Assembly (NCBI GenBank): GCA_030697705.1
Contig: JAUYPE010000006.1
Coordinates: forward strand, 4,686 to 68,685
Source of the DNA: a bacterium
GTDB taxonomy: Bacteria; Patescibacteriota; Minisyncoccia; Sungbacterales; HO2-52-23
DNA: 64,000 nt
Reading direction: 5' to 3'
Part shown: positions 38,554 to 47,941 of the stretch, one piece after another
How positions within the stretch are numbered: position 1 is the first letter of the stretch
Layout of the letters: every line of letters starts with the position of its first letter
Translations under genes and position numbers: made by a program
Notes under the pieces: generated by a model
Database searches by the model: none
The model's input: the letters and a program-made list of their open reading frames with translations, nothing else
What the model was told of the DNA's origin: nothing

Positions 38554-39303
38554 TCATTTAGTGGGCGAGGGGAGAGTCGAACTTTCACTTGCTCTCGTGT
38601 ACTCTCTTCGCTTTTCAGTTGAGAAAATTGCTAAAGTATTTTGTGCGATCATCCACTTTCTTTGCAGGCAAGGTAATCCTTCTTGATAATACATCCAGCT
38701 CAGTAAGTTTATAGAATCTTTCTTCGCGAATTTGAGTTGCCACATACTTGTTGTTTGGTCTTTTCGCGTTGGCTTTTCTTCGTTTAGGTGTCCCTTTATG
38801 GCAAAAATTCTTTCCATATTTTTCTGTATCCATTCCATGTGCTCTTGACTCGCAGATAGAAATCTAACAAATAGGCGGGTATAGGTATATTTCGGATTCT
38901 TATATGTATTATAGTAATCAGTGTATGTAGAGATTGATCCGTCGCCATCCAAGTGTCCCCGAAGAAAGTCGGCGAAATAATCGTCAGGAATTTTTATCTT
39001 CCCAATGGTGTAGGTTTTCGCAGGAAACAGGCCAATCGTGAGTAACCAATTATAGAACTGAATATTACCGAACTGGACTCTATAACTGGGCTTCGTTGCG
39101 TACCCATTATTATGAGACACCGCCATTTTATTTTGAATGCCAAGGCATCGCCTAAATGTCTTTAGTTGTTCTGTTTCAGATGAACGCATTATGATATGCC
39201 TACCATCTTTTGAAAGACATCCATCAGTAACAAGAAGCCCCACCGCATAAGCAAGCTCTGATGTCCATAAAAACTCTTTTTCCGGCAATTTCATTTTTGC
39301 CAT
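38554..39303 (-). CDS. LAGLIDADG homing endonuclease-like protein (two motifs)
   Basis: AYAVGLLVTDGCL and DFLRGHLDGDGSI; likely start MAKMKLP at 39303, since the longer ORF runs through the tRNA. Confidence 0.9.
   Translation of the reverse strand: MAKMKLPEKEFLWTSELAYAVGLLVTDGCLSKDGRHIIMRSSETEQLKTFRRCLGIQNKMAVSHNNGYATKPSYRVQFGNIQFYNWLLTIGLFPAKTYTIGKIKIPDDYFADFLRGHLDGDGSISTYTDYYNTYKNPKYTYTRLFVRFLSASQEHMEWIQKNMERIFAIKGHLNEEKPTRKDQTTSMWQLKFAKKDSINLLSWMYYQEGLPCLQRKWMIAQNTLAIFSTEKRREYTRASESSTLPSPTK
38562..38588 (-). pseudogene. degenerate tRNA-Leu 3'-end fragment
   Basis: GTGAAAGTTCGACTCTCCCCTCGCCCA vs intact GTGCGGGTTCAAATCCCGCCTCGCCCA. Confidence 0.75.
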
Positions 39304-39309
39304 AAAGTA

Positions 39310-39393
39310 TGGGCGAGGCGGGATTTGAACCCGCACGGGATTACTCCCACACGATTTTGAGTCGTGATCGTCTGCCAATTCCGACACTCGCCC
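39310..39393 (-). tRNA. tRNA-Leu(CAA)
   Basis: GGGCGAG/CTCGCCC-A acceptor; CACGA-CTCAAAA-TCGTG anticodon arm; long variable arm; GGTTCAAATCC T-arm; CCA not encoded. Confidence 0.96.
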
Positions 39394-39442
39394 ATTTCAC
39401 GGTTGATGATAGGATAAAAATCTGCTAAAGTAAAGGTATTCT

Positions 39443-40327
39443 ATGCAGAGCAAACTTCCTCAACGAACAAAAAAATTATGCCTTTGTGGATGTGGTGAGG
39501 TGCTCAAAATCCATGAATATACTCGACGGGATAGTGGCGGAGTAAGTTATCTTGTTTATAATTTTGTCATAGGCCATAGCAAGCGGGGCATAAACGGATT
39601 TAATATGGAAATCCACCGTTCGCGCTTATGTCAGTGTGGGTGCGGACAATATACCACAAAGTTCAGAGGACGCCATAATCGTTTTATGAGGAAACACGAG
39701 AATAATGGAAGAGTCCCGTGGAATAAAGGGAAGGCGTTTTCTGATGAAGTAAGAAAAAAGATGAGTCTGGCAAGACTAGGGAAGGAGCCGGCGAACAAGA
39801 CGGTAATAGATTTAATTGCGCTCCATAGACATTATATACATGAAAAAAAGACGATCTCTACGGTGAGTAGGGAGATTAATATTTTAACGGATGCAATTAA
39901 AAATAGACTGCGGGCTTTGGGATGGAGCCGTACCACAAAAGAATCATGTGCGACGGATGCATTTCGTGAGCAGATGCGACAGATAAGAATAAAAACATTG
40001 ACTTCTCGGCAAGCAATAGAGAGTCCAAATAAACTTGAGAAATCAGTGTATGAAGCATTGGATCGGATGAATATCCCCTACGAAAAACAGGTGCCGCTTT
40101 TCGGCAAGTTCGTAGTGGATGTTTTGTTTCCTCAACAGCATCTAGTGCTTGAAATTTTCGGGAGATATTGGCATCGTATGCCTCAAAATGTGAGAAAGAA
40201 CTATTCAAAAAAGAAATACTTGGAAAAATGTGGTTACCGAGTTGAAGAAGTTTGGGATAACGAAATTAAGGAAAAAGGAGTTGATTCTGTGTTGGAGAAA
40301 GTTGTAGAGAAATATGCATTAATATGA
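39443..40327 (+). CDS. NUMOD3 + DUF559/Vsr-like endonuclease (homing-endonuclease-like)
   Basis: two CxCGCG repeats; PWNKGK.FS.E.RKKMS; E..V...L..., VVD, LEIFGRYWH, GYRV..VW. Confidence 0.8.
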   Translation: MQSKLPQRTKKLCLCGCGEVLKIHEYTRRDSGGVSYLVYNFVIGHSKRGINGFNMEIHRSRLCQCGCGQYTTKFRGRHNRFMRKHENNGRVPWNKGKAFSDEVRKKMSLARLGKEPANKTVIDLIALHRHYIHEKKTISTVSREINILTDAIKNRLRALGWSRTTKESCATDAFREQMRQIRIKTLTSRQAIESPNKLEKSVYEALDRMNIPYEKQVPLFGKFVVDVLFPQQHLVLEIFGRYWHRMPQNVRKNYSKKKYLEKCGYRVEEVWDNEIKEKGVDSVLEKVVEKYALI

Positions 40328-41100
40328 CTCGCGTCTTAAGTGTATGTAACTTTAAGGGTGGTGTTGGAAAATCAACAACGACGCAGAATCTCGCCGTCTT
40401 TCTTTCTGCTCTTGGCTCGCGCGTGCTGGTGGTTGATATGGATCCGCAGGCGAATGCGACCTCGGGTATGGGACTCAATCCCCGGCGGCTCCGACACTCG
40501 CTCTACGACGCGCTCATCGGTCGCACATCCGCAGAGGAGATCATAAAAAAAACGGGACTCTCGGGCGTGGATATGCTTCCCGCGGTTGCGGCGATGGCGG
40601 GGGCGGGGATTGAGTTGGTTGACATGCCGAATCGCGAGTATAAACTGAAAGAGGTTCTCGCGCCCCTGCGCGACCAGTATGACTTTATCATTATTGATTC
40701 GCCGCCGAGCATGGGACTCCTTACGCTCAACGCGTTGACGGCCGCTTCACGCATTATCATTCCCGTGCAGTGCGAGTATTATGCACTGGAAGGACTTGCC
40801 GATCTTTTGGGGACGATTCAAATGGTGAACGCAAATTTAAAGGTGAAGATCTGCATTATGGGCGCACTGCTCACGATGTATGACCAAAAGTCGCGATTGC
40901 ATCGGGAGGTTGCCGAGGAGATTCGGCGAAAATTTCGCGGCTATGTGTTTAACGCCGTTATTCCGCGCAATGCTTCTCTTGCGGAAGCGCCGTCTTTTGG
41001 AAAAACTATTTTACAATACGATCCCTACAGCCACGGGGCGAAAGCGTATCGCGCGCTTGCCGAAGAGGTTTTACAGCTGGAGGGCTTGCGGGCGGTGTGA
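40324..41100 (+). CDS. parA: ParA/Soj ATPase
   Basis: NFKGGVGKST, DMDPQANATSG, IDSPPS, PVQCEYYALEG, LAEAPSFG. Confidence 0.97.
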   Translation: MTRVLSVCNFKGGVGKSTTTQNLAVFLSALGSRVLVVDMDPQANATSGMGLNPRRLRHSLYDALIGRTSAEEIIKKTGLSGVDMLPAVAAMAGAGIELVDMPNREYKLKEVLAPLRDQYDFIIIDSPPSMGLLTLNALTAASRIIIPVQCEYYALEGLADLLGTIQMVNANLKVKICIMGALLTMYDQKSRLHREVAEEIRRKFRGYVFNAVIPRNASLAEAPSFGKTILQYDPYSHGAKAYRALAEEVLQLEGLRAV

Positions 41101-41115
41101 GGATTATGTTCGGCT

Positions 41116-41186
41116 TGTCATTGCGAGGAGCCGAAGGCGACGCGGCAATTACAAAAAGATTGCTTCGGCTTCACCTCGCAATGACA
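41116..41186. repeat. palindromic element, related GTCATTGCGAG family
   Basis: TGTCATTGCGAGG...GCAAT...ATTGC...CCTCGCAATGACA. Confidence 0.85.
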
Positions 41187-41196
41187 GTATCAAATT

Positions 41197-42291
41197 ATGT
41201 CAGATGCACTGGGAAAAGGTCTTGAGTCGCTCATTCCGCACCGTGATCCGGAGCGGAAATCTGCCCCTGCGATAATTGCCGCTGAACGCGAGGGTGGAAA
41301 CGTTCAAGAGCCGGAAGAAATCGCGGTGCATACCGCCGATAACGATGGTGTCGTGGCGGGTACTCCCGGAATCGCGGAGCCGGTTGTTTTTTCTGCATCG
41401 GCCACTACCGGAAGCGGCGCGACTGCACCTTCGCGGAGTTATCAGGATCACTTCCAGCCACGGCGCGGCGATTCTATTTATTGGATTGAACTGGAACGTA
41501 TTGAGCCGAATCCCTTCCAGCCGCGGCGGGAGTTTGGCGAGGATGCTTTGCGCGAGCTGGCGGATTCCATCCGTGAACACGGCGTGCTCCAGCCGATTTT
41601 AGTAACAAAGCGCGAACAGGAGACGTCGACGGGACTTGACGTGCGTTACCAGCTTATTGCCGGCGAACGGCGTTGGCGTGCGGCAAAACTTGCCGGACTT
41701 TCGCAGGTCCCCGCCGTCATCCGGCGCGGAATGCCCGACGACCGCATTAAGCTCGAACTTGCGATTATTGAAAATGTCCAGCGCGAGGACTTGAATGCCA
41801 TGGATCGCGCGCTTGCCTATAAACAACTCACCGACCAATTCCATCTCGTCCAGCGGGAAATTGCGGCGCGTATCGGCAAGTCGCGCGAAATGGTCGCCAA
41901 CACGCTCCGGCTTCTCGCGCTCTCACCCGAGATGCAAGGCGCGCTCCGGAGCGGGAAGATTTCCGAGGGGCACGCGCGGGCGATTCTCATGGCGGGGGAC
42001 GACGCGGGCAAACAAGCCGAGATGTATACCACTATTCTCTCCGATCGCTTAAATGTGCGGGAGGCCGAGGGTCGCGCGCGGCAAATTGCCGGTAAGTCAT
42101 TGACCTTGCGCAAACGCCCCGCCTCCGACGAAACGAATCCCGAAATGCGGGCGTGGACTGCGCGCCTCCAGGACCGTTTCGGAACGAAAGTACGGCTCCA
42201 GCGCATCGGCGAACGGGGAAAAATCGTCGTGGAGTTTTATTCCGAGGAGGAGCTTCGGGCACTTCTGCAAAAACTCGTGCAGGAAGCGTAG
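41197..42291 (+). CDS. parB: ParB/Spo0J partition protein
   Basis: LGKGLESLI, PNPFQPR, GVLQPI, IAGERRWRAA, ENVQREDL, ISEGHAR. Confidence 0.97.
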   Translation: MSDALGKGLESLIPHRDPERKSAPAIIAAEREGGNVQEPEEIAVHTADNDGVVAGTPGIAEPVVFSASATTGSGATAPSRSYQDHFQPRRGDSIYWIELERIEPNPFQPRREFGEDALRELADSIREHGVLQPILVTKREQETSTGLDVRYQLIAGERRWRAAKLAGLSQVPAVIRRGMPDDRIKLELAIIENVQREDLNAMDRALAYKQLTDQFHLVQREIAARIGKSREMVANTLRLLALSPEMQGALRSGKISEGHARAILMAGDDAGKQAEMYTTILSDRLNVREAEGRARQIAGKSLTLRKRPASDETNPEMRAWTARLQDRFGTKVRLQRIGERGKIVVEFYSEEELRALLQKLVQEA

Positions 42292-42345
42292 TCCCGCTTT
42301 CTATAATGGACTGGGAAATTTAGACTCATTCCTCATCTTATTGGC

Positions 42346-43500
42346 ATGAATCAAGAAGTAATAAATACAGATAATCGTTCCCCAAAGGAGAGTTCCGATG
42401 GGGATCGGGAAAAAATAAAGTCGGCGGTGGAGCGCGAAATCTCGGAACGGGTGCACGATCGCTTTGGCGACCACCCTGACCGGGGTCCGGAACGGTCTCG
42501 GTTTTTCTTTCACCGTCCGGAGCATCCCGCCGCCGTCCGGGAACGCGCATGGCGAATTATGAAGCTTGCCCGGGAACACGGGATGGACGACGCGGATGAT
42601 GAGGCGGTACTTGCCGCAGATACTGCCGCGCAAGCACACGACCTCGTGATACGCTTTCATGAGATTAATGATTCGGTATCTCCCCGCCACGGAGAGATTG
42701 ATCGCTATCGCGGATGGGGCGGTCGGGCTCCCGAGGCGATCAGGACGGTACTCAATGAAAGGAGTATTAAGGGCAATGAAGAGGCAAGTTGGGATGAACT
42801 GGAAAAAATGCTTGACGATCACGATCCCGAAAAAAAGGTCTATACGGATCGCGTGCGCAATCTTGCCAAAAAAGCGATTGCGGCGACCTATCCCGAGGTG
42901 CCGTTTCCCTTTCCCGCATTTCCCGAGGGTGCGACGGTTATTGAAGGACGGGATCTCGCTCCCTATTTGTTTCGAACAAATGACGGATTGCTCGCCGGTC
43001 TTAAATTCGATCAGCCCGAGCTGACCGACGAAAGTCCGCTTGCCGTATTCGCCGTCGCCATGGGCGACTTGGCGTACGGTGGCGTGGTGGATGCCGAGAG
43101 TTTCAAGGAGCACGGTGATGAAGAGTGGGCGGAAACGCATCCGCGCATGATACGCGAGATTGAGGCGGATATTGCGGAGAAAAATGATGAGGCGAGTATC
43201 AAGGAAAAAGCGCGTATCGCGGCGAGTATCATCGGTTGGCAGAGCGCGCAACCCGGGTTCCTCTTGTGGCAAAAAATTCGTTTTTACGAGCATCTGCCGG
43301 GATCTTCCAACTTTAAAACGGCAATGAGCGCGGAGTATCGGCATTTTGACGAAAATATCCTTGCCGCCGCAGACCGTGTTGAGGCGTTTAAGAAATTTAT
43401 CCCGCTCAAAGATGCGGTATTTTACACCAGTCCGGAGGGCGCGTATGAGGCAGATCAGCTTTTCCGCAATATGGTGCGGGAGATGCATTGCTCCGTCTGA
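42346..43500 (+). CDS. hypothetical protein, possible HD-fold
   Basis: 384-aa acidic ORF; FH..EH, AHD, NEE, DL motifs. Confidence 0.65.
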   Translation: MNQEVINTDNRSPKESSDGDREKIKSAVEREISERVHDRFGDHPDRGPERSRFFFHRPEHPAAVRERAWRIMKLAREHGMDDADDEAVLAADTAAQAHDLVIRFHEINDSVSPRHGEIDRYRGWGGRAPEAIRTVLNERSIKGNEEASWDELEKMLDDHDPEKKVYTDRVRNLAKKAIAATYPEVPFPFPAFPEGATVIEGRDLAPYLFRTNDGLLAGLKFDQPELTDESPLAVFAVAMGDLAYGGVVDAESFKEHGDEEWAETHPRMIREIEADIAEKNDEASIKEKARIAASIIGWQSAQPGFLLWQKIRFYEHLPGSSNFKTAMSAEYRHFDENILAAADRVEAFKKFIPLKDAVFYTSPEGAYEADQLFRNMVREMHCSV

Positions 43501-43577
43501 ACGGGCACAGAGGACATTCTTTATAAAAATGACCCATCATGAAGCGATAGGTCTTTTCTGAAGCGAGCGCAGGATGT

Positions 43578-43904
43578 TTATTGAGGCGGCGTGGACGCCC
43601 ATGCAATAATCGTGGGCACTTGCGCAGGGCGGTTCTGCTGAAATCGGATGAGGAGCGGCACTGCTTCTTCCCGCGAGAGTTGACGAAAGTTCCAGCGCAG
43701 AAAATTGATCCCGTACAGTGCTTGTTCATGGGGAGCGGGGAGTATCAGATATTGACTGGCGTCAAGAACAAAAACCGGTATGGTTGAATGTTCGGCGAGT
43801 GTTGTCACAATGTTTGACGGATTTGCGTGTGCGGTGTCAAAACACCACAGAATAAGTTTTTCAAGAACGTGAGTGGTAAATGTCAGCTCTGTCATGGTCG
43901 CCAT
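43578..43904 (-). CDS. hypothetical protein
   Basis: ORF with AGGAG just before the ATG at 43904. Confidence 0.5.
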   Translation of the reverse strand: MATMTELTFTTHVLEKLILWCFDTAHANPSNIVTTLAEHSTIPVFVLDASQYLILPAPHEQALYGINFLRWNFRQLSREEAVPLLIRFQQNRPAQVPTIIAWASTPPQ

Positions 43905-43985
43905 TCTCCTTTTTCTGCCGAGCACTCAGTGATATAAGGGTGTCTTTATAAGTACCACATGAGAAGAAAAGTATCAATCATTCAT

Positions 43986-46223
43986 CTATTCGCGCATGGG
44001 AGACGGTTCCGAAGTTTGCGTATCCTCTGCCGGGGCGCGTGGGTCTTTCCATGAGGCGAAATTGCAGGTGGGATACCGCGAACAGCCGTAAAACATCCGC
44101 TTCCGGCGGGTGAATTTTTTTATAACCTCGCCCTCGGTACAGATGGGGCACTTCATACCGATGGTCTCAGGATCTTTTTTGATTGCTTTGGCGTTTTTGC
44201 ATTCGGGGAAACCAGAGCAGGCGAGAAACTTGCCGAAACGCCCGCGTTTAATGATCATCGGCTTGCCGCACTTCTCGCACACCTCGTCCGTCGTCTCGTC
44301 CGTATCTTGTTTCTGCACCTCTTCATATTTGGCTTCCAATAATGTGGCGAAGGGCTCGTAAAACTCGCGGATGACGGGTTGCCACGCGGCGGTACCCTCC
44401 GCAATTTCATCAAACTCCCCTTCCATTTTTGCGGTAAACTGGCTGTCAACGATTTGTGGGAAGTGTTCCACAAGCATGTCATTGACCGTGTATCCCGTTT
44501 CGGTGGGTACGAGCCGCCGCCGCTCATCGCGCTCCACATAGTGCCGGTCCTGAATCGTCGCAATGGTTGGCGCATAGGTGGATGGTCTGCCGATGCCGTT
44601 TTGTTCCAGGAGTTTAATAAGCGATGCTTCGGTATAGCGGGGCGGCGGTTCGGTAAAGTGCTGGAGTGGCGAGAGGGTAAGGGGTGTGAGCGGGTCGTGT
44701 TCCGTCAGTTCCGGAAGCGTGATTTCCATGAATTTTGTGGGATATACTTTTAAAAATCCGTCAAACTTCATCGTCTGTCCTGTCGCGCGAAAAAGATAGG
44801 ACTGTACGTCTGTCGTAGTAGTCTTAGGTGTTGCGGCGATGTCAACACTCGTTGCATCAAAAAGCGCATCCGCCATTTGCGTAGCGATAGTGCGCCGCCA
44901 GATAAGCTCGTAGAGCTTGTGTTGCCGTTTATCAAGAAAGCTCTCAACCGATAAGGGCGTGCGAAGCGGATCTGTGGGGCGGATCGCTTCATGCGCCTCC
45001 TGCGCGCCTTTTGATTTTGTTTTGAAACGGCGTGCGGTCGGGACGAGATAATTTTTGCCAAGTTCTGTTTCAATATACCGGCGCGTCCCGCTCATGGCCT
45101 CCTGACCGATAGTGAGAGAGTCGGTGCGCATATAGGTGATGAGTCCGACGGCGCCCGCACCGCCGAGATCCACGCCTTCGTAGAGTTGTTGCGCGACCGC
45201 CATGGTAGCGCGTGCGGAAAAACCAAGCCGGCGGAACGCTTCTTGCTGGAGGGTTGATGTGGTGAATGGCGGAAGCGGATGTTTGACGCTTGCCCGCTTT
45301 TCAATCAATGCAACCCGCCACGCTGCATGTTCCAGTTCTTTTACAATGCGGTTGGCCGCTTCGCCGTCGCGGATGGCAAACTTATCCATTACCGCTCCGT
45401 TTATTTTCACCAATGCGGCATGGAACGGCTCGGTATTTTTTTGCGTTTTATTTGCGTGTTCTTCATGTTTGATCAAATCCGCCTCAATCGTCCAGTACTC
45501 TTCTTTGTTGAATTTCTGGATTTCGCGTTCGCGCTCCACAACAAACCGGACGGCGACGGATTGCACACGTCCCGCCGAGAGACCGCGGTAGAGTTTTTTC
45601 CACAAAAACGGCGAGAGTTTATAGCCGACCAAACGATCCAAAATACGCCGTGCCTGCTGGGCGTCTACGAGGTGCTCATCCAGCGTGCGGGGATGCATGA
45701 GCGCTTCTTTGATGGCATGCTCGGTAATTTCATGAAAAACAATCCGCTCAACGGGTTTTTCAAGTGCCGCGGCAGGTTCTTTTTTTGTTTTTGGTTTGGG
45801 TGCGGGGTTTTCCGCCGGTGCGATTCCCGATGCTTCAGCCGCGTCTTCTTTCGCTTTTTTTCGCGCTCCCGCCCGCGCCTCTTTTCTCGCCTCCGCCGCG
45901 TGGTCTATGCGAATGCCGAGCGCATACAAAAGATGCCACGCAATCGCCTCACCCTCGCGGTCTTCGTCAGTTGCCAGGATGATCTTGCCGGCTTTTGCCG
46001 CGGCGGTCTTGAGACGTTTTACGGTAGCGGTTGCCTTTTTGGGGATAATATAATGAGGAGCGAAATTGTCTTCCGGATCAACGCCGAGTGTAGAGGTCGG
46101 GAGATCGCGCACATGACCGTAGCTTGAGTCCACGATAAAGTTACTTCCCAAAAATCGCGCAATGGTACGTGCCTTGGTGGGTGACTCCACAATGACAAGC
46201 GATTTTTTTTCTTTGCGTGGCAT
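43986..46223 (-). CDS. topA: DNA topoisomerase I
   Basis: LVIVESPTKA, ATDEDREGEAI, SAGRVQS, ITYMRTDS, GIGRPSTY, Zn ribbons. Confidence 0.98.
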   Translation of the reverse strand: MPRKEKKSLVIVESPTKARTIARFLGSNFIVDSSYGHVRDLPTSTLGVDPEDNFAPHYIIPKKATATVKRLKTAAAKAGKIILATDEDREGEAIAWHLLYALGIRIDHAAEARKEARAGARKKAKEDAAEASGIAPAENPAPKPKTKKEPAAALEKPVERIVFHEITEHAIKEALMHPRTLDEHLVDAQQARRILDRLVGYKLSPFLWKKLYRGLSAGRVQSVAVRFVVEREREIQKFNKEEYWTIEADLIKHEEHANKTQKNTEPFHAALVKINGAVMDKFAIRDGEAANRIVKELEHAAWRVALIEKRASVKHPLPPFTTSTLQQEAFRRLGFSARATMAVAQQLYEGVDLGGAGAVGLITYMRTDSLTIGQEAMSGTRRYIETELGKNYLVPTARRFKTKSKGAQEAHEAIRPTDPLRTPLSVESFLDKRQHKLYELIWRRTIATQMADALFDATSVDIAATPKTTTTDVQSYLFRATGQTMKFDGFLKVYPTKFMEITLPELTEHDPLTPLTLSPLQHFTEPPPRYTEASLIKLLEQNGIGRPSTYAPTIATIQDRHYVERDERRRLVPTETGYTVNDMLVEHFPQIVDSQFTAKMEGEFDEIAEGTAAWQPVIREFYEPFATLLEAKYEEVQKQDTDETTDEVCEKCGKPMIIKRGRFGKFLACSGFPECKNAKAIKKDPETIGMKCPICTEGEVIKKFTRRKRMFYGCSRYPTCNFASWKDPRAPAEDTQTSEPSPMRE

Positions 46224-46289
46224 TATCTTGACTTTATAGAGTATTCTTGTTTTGTTGTCAAACGGCGTGCTTGGTAAATATATAAAGGG

Positions 46290-47384
46290 TTACATGATAC
46301 GCTGATAGGTGCCAGCGCCAAGATTCCGGACTCTGCCCTGCAATTCCAATAGAGAAAGTGAAGCGATCAGTGGTGCTGTTTCTCCGGAAATGGCTTGTTT
46401 GAGCGTATCAATCGTTTGCGGCTCTTCCAATAAATCAAGGAGCATCCGATCGGCTTCGGAGAGTGTATCGCGCGTGGCGGTCAGTGTCGCGGCGGGCGTA
46501 ATGCCGAGCTCAACCAAGATATCGGCAGTAGAGAGAATAAGTTTGGCGCCCTCTTGAATGAGCAGATTCGCACCGCGCGCTGTGGGAGAGAAAATAGAAC
46601 CGGGAACGGCGAAAACCTGGCGGTTATGCTCCAGCGCAAAACGCGCGGTAATAAGCGCGCCTGACTTTTCCCGCGCCTCAACGACGACGATGCCCTTGCA
46701 GATACCCGAGACGATGCGGTTCCGCTGGGGGAAGTGTTCTTTTAACGGTGGCGTGCCCGGTGGGTATTCGCTTACGACTACGCCGTTTTCTTTTATTATT
46801 CGTTCTGAAAGATTCCAATTTTCGCGCGGGAAAAAAGAAGCACGATCAAGTCCCGATCCCAATATGCCGATAGTTGTGCCTTTGCGCTCCAGTGTCGCTG
46901 TGTGCGCCGTCGCGTCAATGCCGGTCGCAAGACCGCTGACCACCGTGATGCCGGCCTCGGCGAGCTCATGCGCAAGGAGTTCTGCGACTTCAATCCCATA
47001 GCGCGTCGTGCGCCGCGTGCCGACGAGCGCGATGGCAATAGAGTGTGCTGTTAGCGCCTCGACTGCACCTTTGCCGTACAGGGCGGCGGGAGGATTGGGA
47101 ATTTCTTTTAATAATTCCGGATACACATCACTGTCCTCGGCAATCATCCAGATGTTTGCTTGGGCGAGTTTTGCAAATTCTTTTTCCGGGTCAATGTGCG
47201 GGCGGTGTTCTATCAATGCGGCAACGGCGGGAGGAAAGATCCCGCACTCGGCAAGCTCTCCGGCGTTTGCCTCCCACACGCTGGCAAAACTGCCAAAGTG
47301 CTCCCGCAGGGTGCGGAGCGTTTTTTGCCCCACCTGCGGTACGAGATTCAACGCGTGGAGGTAGCTGTATTCGTGTTCGTCCAT
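46290..47384 (-). CDS. dprA: DNA-processing protein DprA
   Basis: ALVGTR..T.YG, VSGLA.GIDA.AH, FPQRNRIVSG, SGALITA. Confidence 0.96.
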   Translation of the reverse strand: MDEHEYSYLHALNLVPQVGQKTLRTLREHFGSFASVWEANAGELAECGIFPPAVAALIEHRPHIDPEKEFAKLAQANIWMIAEDSDVYPELLKEIPNPPAALYGKGAVEALTAHSIAIALVGTRRTTRYGIEVAELLAHELAEAGITVVSGLATGIDATAHTATLERKGTTIGILGSGLDRASFFPRENWNLSERIIKENGVVVSEYPPGTPPLKEHFPQRNRIVSGICKGIVVVEAREKSGALITARFALEHNRQVFAVPGSIFSPTARGANLLIQEGAKLILSTADILVELGITPAATLTATRDTLSEADRMLLDLLEEPQTIDTLKQAISGETAPLIASLSLLELQGRVRNLGAGTYQRIM

Positions 47385-47527
47385 TGCCTCCTACTATAGA
47401 AGAAAGGTAACCGATTGTACATGAGGTTGAGGAGGTATTCTTGGACTGTGTTGTTATTAAATAATAAGTATGGTATTAATTACTGTGGTCATTCACAAGG
47501 AAGTTTTTGAAGAAGAGAGGGTAGAGT

Positions 47528-47884
47528 ATGCCTTACAGCGCTTTTGCCTTAATTTGGGAGTTTATGGAGGATCCCAGTGCAGTTATTCTTGCCCAGAGTG
47601 TGGAAGAAGCGGCACGACTGGCGGGGGGAGTTCTTGGCGATAGAGTGGAAAACAGCTGGGAAGTCCGGTATTATAGGCATCTGTTTGGTCCTGCATCTTC
47701 GGAAGAGGAAAAGGCATTAATTGACGAAGTTGCGGGGAGTGAAGAAGGGTGACTGATATATCATCGTTTTCCAATAACCGTTATGCTGGTGCCCGAAGAG
47801 GAGTATGCCCGTGGCTACATTTACAATCTGCCTCTTGTCGTCCATCCGGATATTCAGATAAAGATGATCGTGGGAATGGGGTGA
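47528..47884 (+). pseudogene. hypothetical gene interrupted by in-frame TGA (47750-47752)
   Basis: 74-codon ORF continues in frame for 43 sense codons to TGA 47882-47884, then a terminator at ~47910-47938. Confidence 0.45.
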
Positions 47885-47941
47885 GCAACGGTAACGAGTA
47901 GCATCTGATCTGCAGGAAATTTTCCTGCGGATTTTTTATGT

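Noticed and set aside
39304-39387. N-terminal extension of the LAGLIDADG ORF (MSELADD...)
   Set aside because: It is a reading of the tRNA-Leu gene; the start at 39303 is preferred.
45760-45905. Ala/Lys/Pro-rich insertion in TopA as a repeat-derived insert
   Set aside because: Low-complexity linker with no match to the palindrome or heptamer families.
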